NCBI GenBank assembly: GCA_963663035.1
Contig: OY760074.1
Span: 3,232,001-3,296,000, forward strand
Reading direction: 5' to 3'
DNA length: 64,000 nt
DNA from: Acidobacteriota bacterium
GTDB lineage: Bacteria; Acidobacteriota; UBA6911; RPQK01; JADFOI01
The translations under genes and the position numbers were made by a program. Shown one piece after another: positions 61,027 through 64,000 of this stretch; positions within the stretch are counted from its first letter, which is position 1, and each line of letters starts with the position of its first letter. The notes beneath the pieces are model-generated. The model saw nothing but the letters and a program-made list of their open reading frames with translations, did no database searches and had not been told where the DNA came from.

Positions 61027-63613
61027 ATGTCGGAGGACATCTCTAAAATAAAAGAGAAGAGGAGTTTTACCCTACCAATCCGGAAGAGGCGTGCAGCTGT
61101 GAGATCCGAAGGCTATCAGGAAGTAGTGAGAAGGCCCTGGGAGGTTCTTGACCAAGAGATCTTCCCTTACCTCAATGTTGAGAGATTGTTTGCAGATGTT
61201 CGAGGGTTGAAACGCTACGGTCGCTTCTGGCATGGTTCCTGTCCCATCCACGGCGACCTGCAAGGTGCCTTCTCGATTGATCCGGAAAGACTGGAGTGGA
61301 GCTGTGCTCTGGGGTGCGGGGGAGGTGGTCCGGTCCAGTACCTGCAGAAGCTGCGCGGGCTGTCCTGGATGGACGCTGCGCGAGAACTGGCCAGTCTGGC
61401 CGGAGTAGAGCCATCAATTTTCGATCCTTGGCAAGAACACTGGACAGAAGAAGACTTTCTCCTGCACGCGAGGTTGGAAAGCCGGTCCAGCCTGCTGGGA
61501 TTCTTTATGACCTATACCCGATCTTTTTATCGGTCTCTGGCCGGTCAGACAGTCCGCAGTCATCTCATCACCCGACAGGGTTTCCCCGAGAACAAGCTCG
61601 AGGAGCTTGATCTCGGGCTGTACACCGCCCCGGAAGACGTGTGGCACTGCCTGAAGAAGACAGGACGTGATTTGGAAGAGGTCCGTTCGTGGGGCTTGTT
61701 TGAGGCGCCATGGAGCGGTCGCATAGTGGGTTGCTGGAAGGACCTTCAGGGCAGAAGAATTAATATCTGGGGTTGGCAGCCCAAGGAGACTTCCACCGGA
61801 CAGGCCAGTATGGAGGGACGCATCCTTTTTGAACAGGGCGATGCTTTAGGTGGGAAAAGCGTCCCCTTCAATCTGGATGTTGCTGCTGGTTTGGAAAAGC
61901 GTGATCTGCTCCTGTTGGAGAGCCCTATCAAGGCCCTCTTTACCCAGTCCCTGGGTCTTGAAGACCCCTTTCCCGTGGCGGCAGGAGGAGACCTGAACAG
62001 CGTGCAGATTGAGGCTATGCAGAAGCACCTTCGCTTGGGCGGCGCGCTGACCGTCTGTTGGGACTATGATCCTGAGACTGACGGAACCAAAAAGGACAGA
62101 GCCTTTACCACGCTGCAACGATTGAAGAAAGCAAACTTTCCTATCTACGTCGTGAATCCGGCATGCCTGGCAGATCAGAGCAGGCCAAAGCAAAAGGTTA
62201 CGGTCAATGACTTTATCCTGAGACACGGAGGAGGTGAGAAAGGGCTTCAAGCTTTTCAAGAGCTTCTTGAGAAACCAGAGAAGTATGAAGCGGAAATGAT
62301 TGTCGACGGAACAGCTTTAGGAAACCAGAGCGGGATCTGGCCAGGGGTCTTGGAGATCTTTCACAGTTTCTCCTCCAGAAACTCTAGAGCCTCCGCCAAA
62401 GCAGATGAAGACGAGATCATCTCCGAACGCCTTCAAGCTCTGGAGCCCATGTTCCAAGCAGCTGAAGAGATCGGACGCAGTATAGCCAAAGGTTTCTTAG
62501 GTGGTCTACCCAGGCGTCTTGCCAATGAGTTGGCGGGCGAGGCCTCTAATGGACTGCAGCTCGCCTCACATTCCGCCGGAGAATTGGCCAGTCTTCCCGT
62601 TCAGATTTCGAGTCCCCCCACTTTCTCCGTTGATCGCCTGGGAGAGGAAACCCGTGCGGCTCCACTAGTCGAACTTTCGGGTTGGCAGGCACTGGACAAT
62701 CTGGAGGTTCGCTTCAACCCGGGAGAGCTGGCCGTTTTAGGGGGGCGCACAGGGCACGGAAAAACCTCGATGCTCCTGGGTCTACTCCTGGAGTGGCTCG
62801 AGAAGGCCGCTGTACAGGGGACAGACAAGCTTTTTCTTTTCTATTCCGTGGAGGAACCGGAGGTTCGCATCTATCACCGCCTGTTGAGTCTTTTAACGGC
62901 CAGAAATGGAACGGGCTGGACCATCCATCAAGTCGAAGACTATCTGAAACAGAAAAATGGTCATCCGGTTGAGTATTCGCCCCTTGATCCGGAAACCTTG
63001 GAGGCTGCCGAAGGACGTTTCCACTCTTGGGAAGAATGTCTTCAGATTCTCTACCAGCCCACCTGGACCATAGCAGAACTGGAGACCTATGCTCGGAATT
63101 TATCCGAGAGCCGAAAAGTGGGGGCGATTCTTGTGGATCACCTACAGCGCATTCCACCACCAAAGGGAACGCATGGCCGCCGCGATGTGGAGATTTCCAC
63201 CGTCGCTCATCGCCTTAAGACCTTGGCGGTCGACCTGTCCTGTCCCATAGTCACAACTGCTCAAATTGGGCGGCAGGCTCTTCAGCGAGCACATAAAATC
63301 CCTGCCAAACAAGCCCCTTGGGGATGTGAATGTGCTGGGAGCCATCAAAATGCGTCGTCCCCAGCTCCAACACCTGAGAGAGGGTGGAATTGAGCAAGAG
63401 GCGGACCTGGTCCTTGGACTGCTGAACTACGCGGCCGATTACCAGGCTGAGATGGAGGAACCAGGGTCGATCGCCGCCACCACACCTTTCGAGGTGGGCA
63501 CCCTCAAGAACCGGTATGGGCCTGTGGGCTGTTGGGCTTCCCTTCGCTTCCAAGGGCGATTCGGATTTTTGCAAGATCCGGGAATCCTAGCCCACCTGAT
63601 GCTGGCCCTTTGA
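61027..63613 (+). CDS. DnaG-type primase / DnaB-type helicase fusion with a +1 frameshift near 63280-63350
   Basis: CHC2 zinc finger CPIH-x17-CALGC; TOPRIM LLLES and WDYD; Walker A GGRTGHGKT; SVEE, VDHLQ, TAQ; in the +1 frame RRPQLQHLREGGIEQEADLVLGL and KNRYGP. Confidence 0.8.
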
Positions 63614-63659
63614 ATCACCAAGACGTGTTCCGGGCTAGCCCACCTGATGCTGGCCCTTT
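63587..63659 (+). repeat. 25-bp direct repeat with element-end-like TAGCCC/GGGCTA motifs
   Basis: CTAGCCCACCTGATGCTGGCCCTTT at 63587-63611 and 63635-63659. Confidence 0.85.
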
Positions 63660-63661
63660 CC

Positions 63662-63909
63662 AAGCCCGCATTTCTCACACCAGGTCGTCGCGAAGCGGTG
63701 AAAGGACCGGAAAACAGAGCCGTGGGCTTTAGCCCACGGGCCCGCAGGTTAAAGCCTGCGGGCCCGACTGGCGCGCGACAGAGTCCCCCCGCAGACGTAC
63801 TCTTGAGTACGTCGAGGAGGCCGAGGGGTACCCGCTTGCGGGTCGCGCAACACAGTCAGGTCGGTTCATTGCGCCGATGCAGTAGATCGGGTGTGAGAAA
63901 CGCGGGCTA
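63662..63909 (-). repeat. Family A element, copy A10 (alternative TIR subtype)
   Basis: AAGCCCGCATTTCTCACACC ... GGTGTGAGAAACGCGGGCTA with standard internal modules. Confidence 0.9.
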
Positions 63910-64000
63910 AAAGAAAAGTGCGGGCACCCAGGGTAAGACTGAATAGAGCAGGCACCAGGAAGATGGTGAAGATGGTGGAAACAACCATACCACCGATGAC
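63866..64000 (-). CDS. RND efflux permease (AcrB family), C-terminal fragment
   Basis: Manual translation: VIGGMVVSTIFTIFLVPALFSLTLGARTFLLARVSHTRSTASAQ-stop. Typical last RND TM helix; the tail reads into A10. Confidence 0.75.
   Translation of the reverse strand, partial: VIGGMVVSTIFTIFLVPALFSLTLGARTFLLARVSHTRSTASAQ

Noticed and set aside
63587-63659. Two 25-bp repeats as a mini CRISPR
   Set aside because: Only two units, a 23-bp spacer, overlap with a CDS end, and no leader or cas genes.
60629-64000. Prophage or ICE around the primase-helicase
   Set aside because: No integrase, structural or conjugation genes, and no att or tRNA site visible within the window.

Overview
Bacterial chromosomal window with moderate-to-high GC. 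Gene content (DUF1800/DUF1501 pair, Ser/Thr kinase-TolB-like-TPR receptor, many TPR proteins, PKD-containing outer-membrane barrel) suggests Acidobacteriota; this is inference. Most genes are housekeeping: rnc, thiL, nrdR, tlyA-ispA-xseBA, accD-folC, an acyl-CoA carboxylase set, transaldolase, hslVU, ligA, a 2-oxoacid:ferredoxin oxidoreductase, rpiB-pgl and surE. I recognised no tRNA, rRNA, CRISPR array, transposase or integrase. Notable content: (1) ten copies of a 150-265 bp modular palindromic repeat (family A), whose terminal inverted repeats co-vary copy by copy, which overlap stop codons, and one of which sits in frame inside a signal peptide; (2) two copies of a second 290-400 bp nested-palindrome element (family B); (3) an iodothyronine-deiodinase-like selenoprotein with an in-frame UGA and a SECIS-like hairpin; (4) a HAD phosphatase fused to an archaeal-type CTP-dependent riboflavin kinase; (5) an orphan DnaG-DnaB primase-helicase fusion with a +1 frameshift; (6) an amidohydrolase with an in-frame TAG and a kinase split by a 23-bp tandem duplication; (7) two small proteins that are easily missed and a degenerate aspartokinase-like domain.
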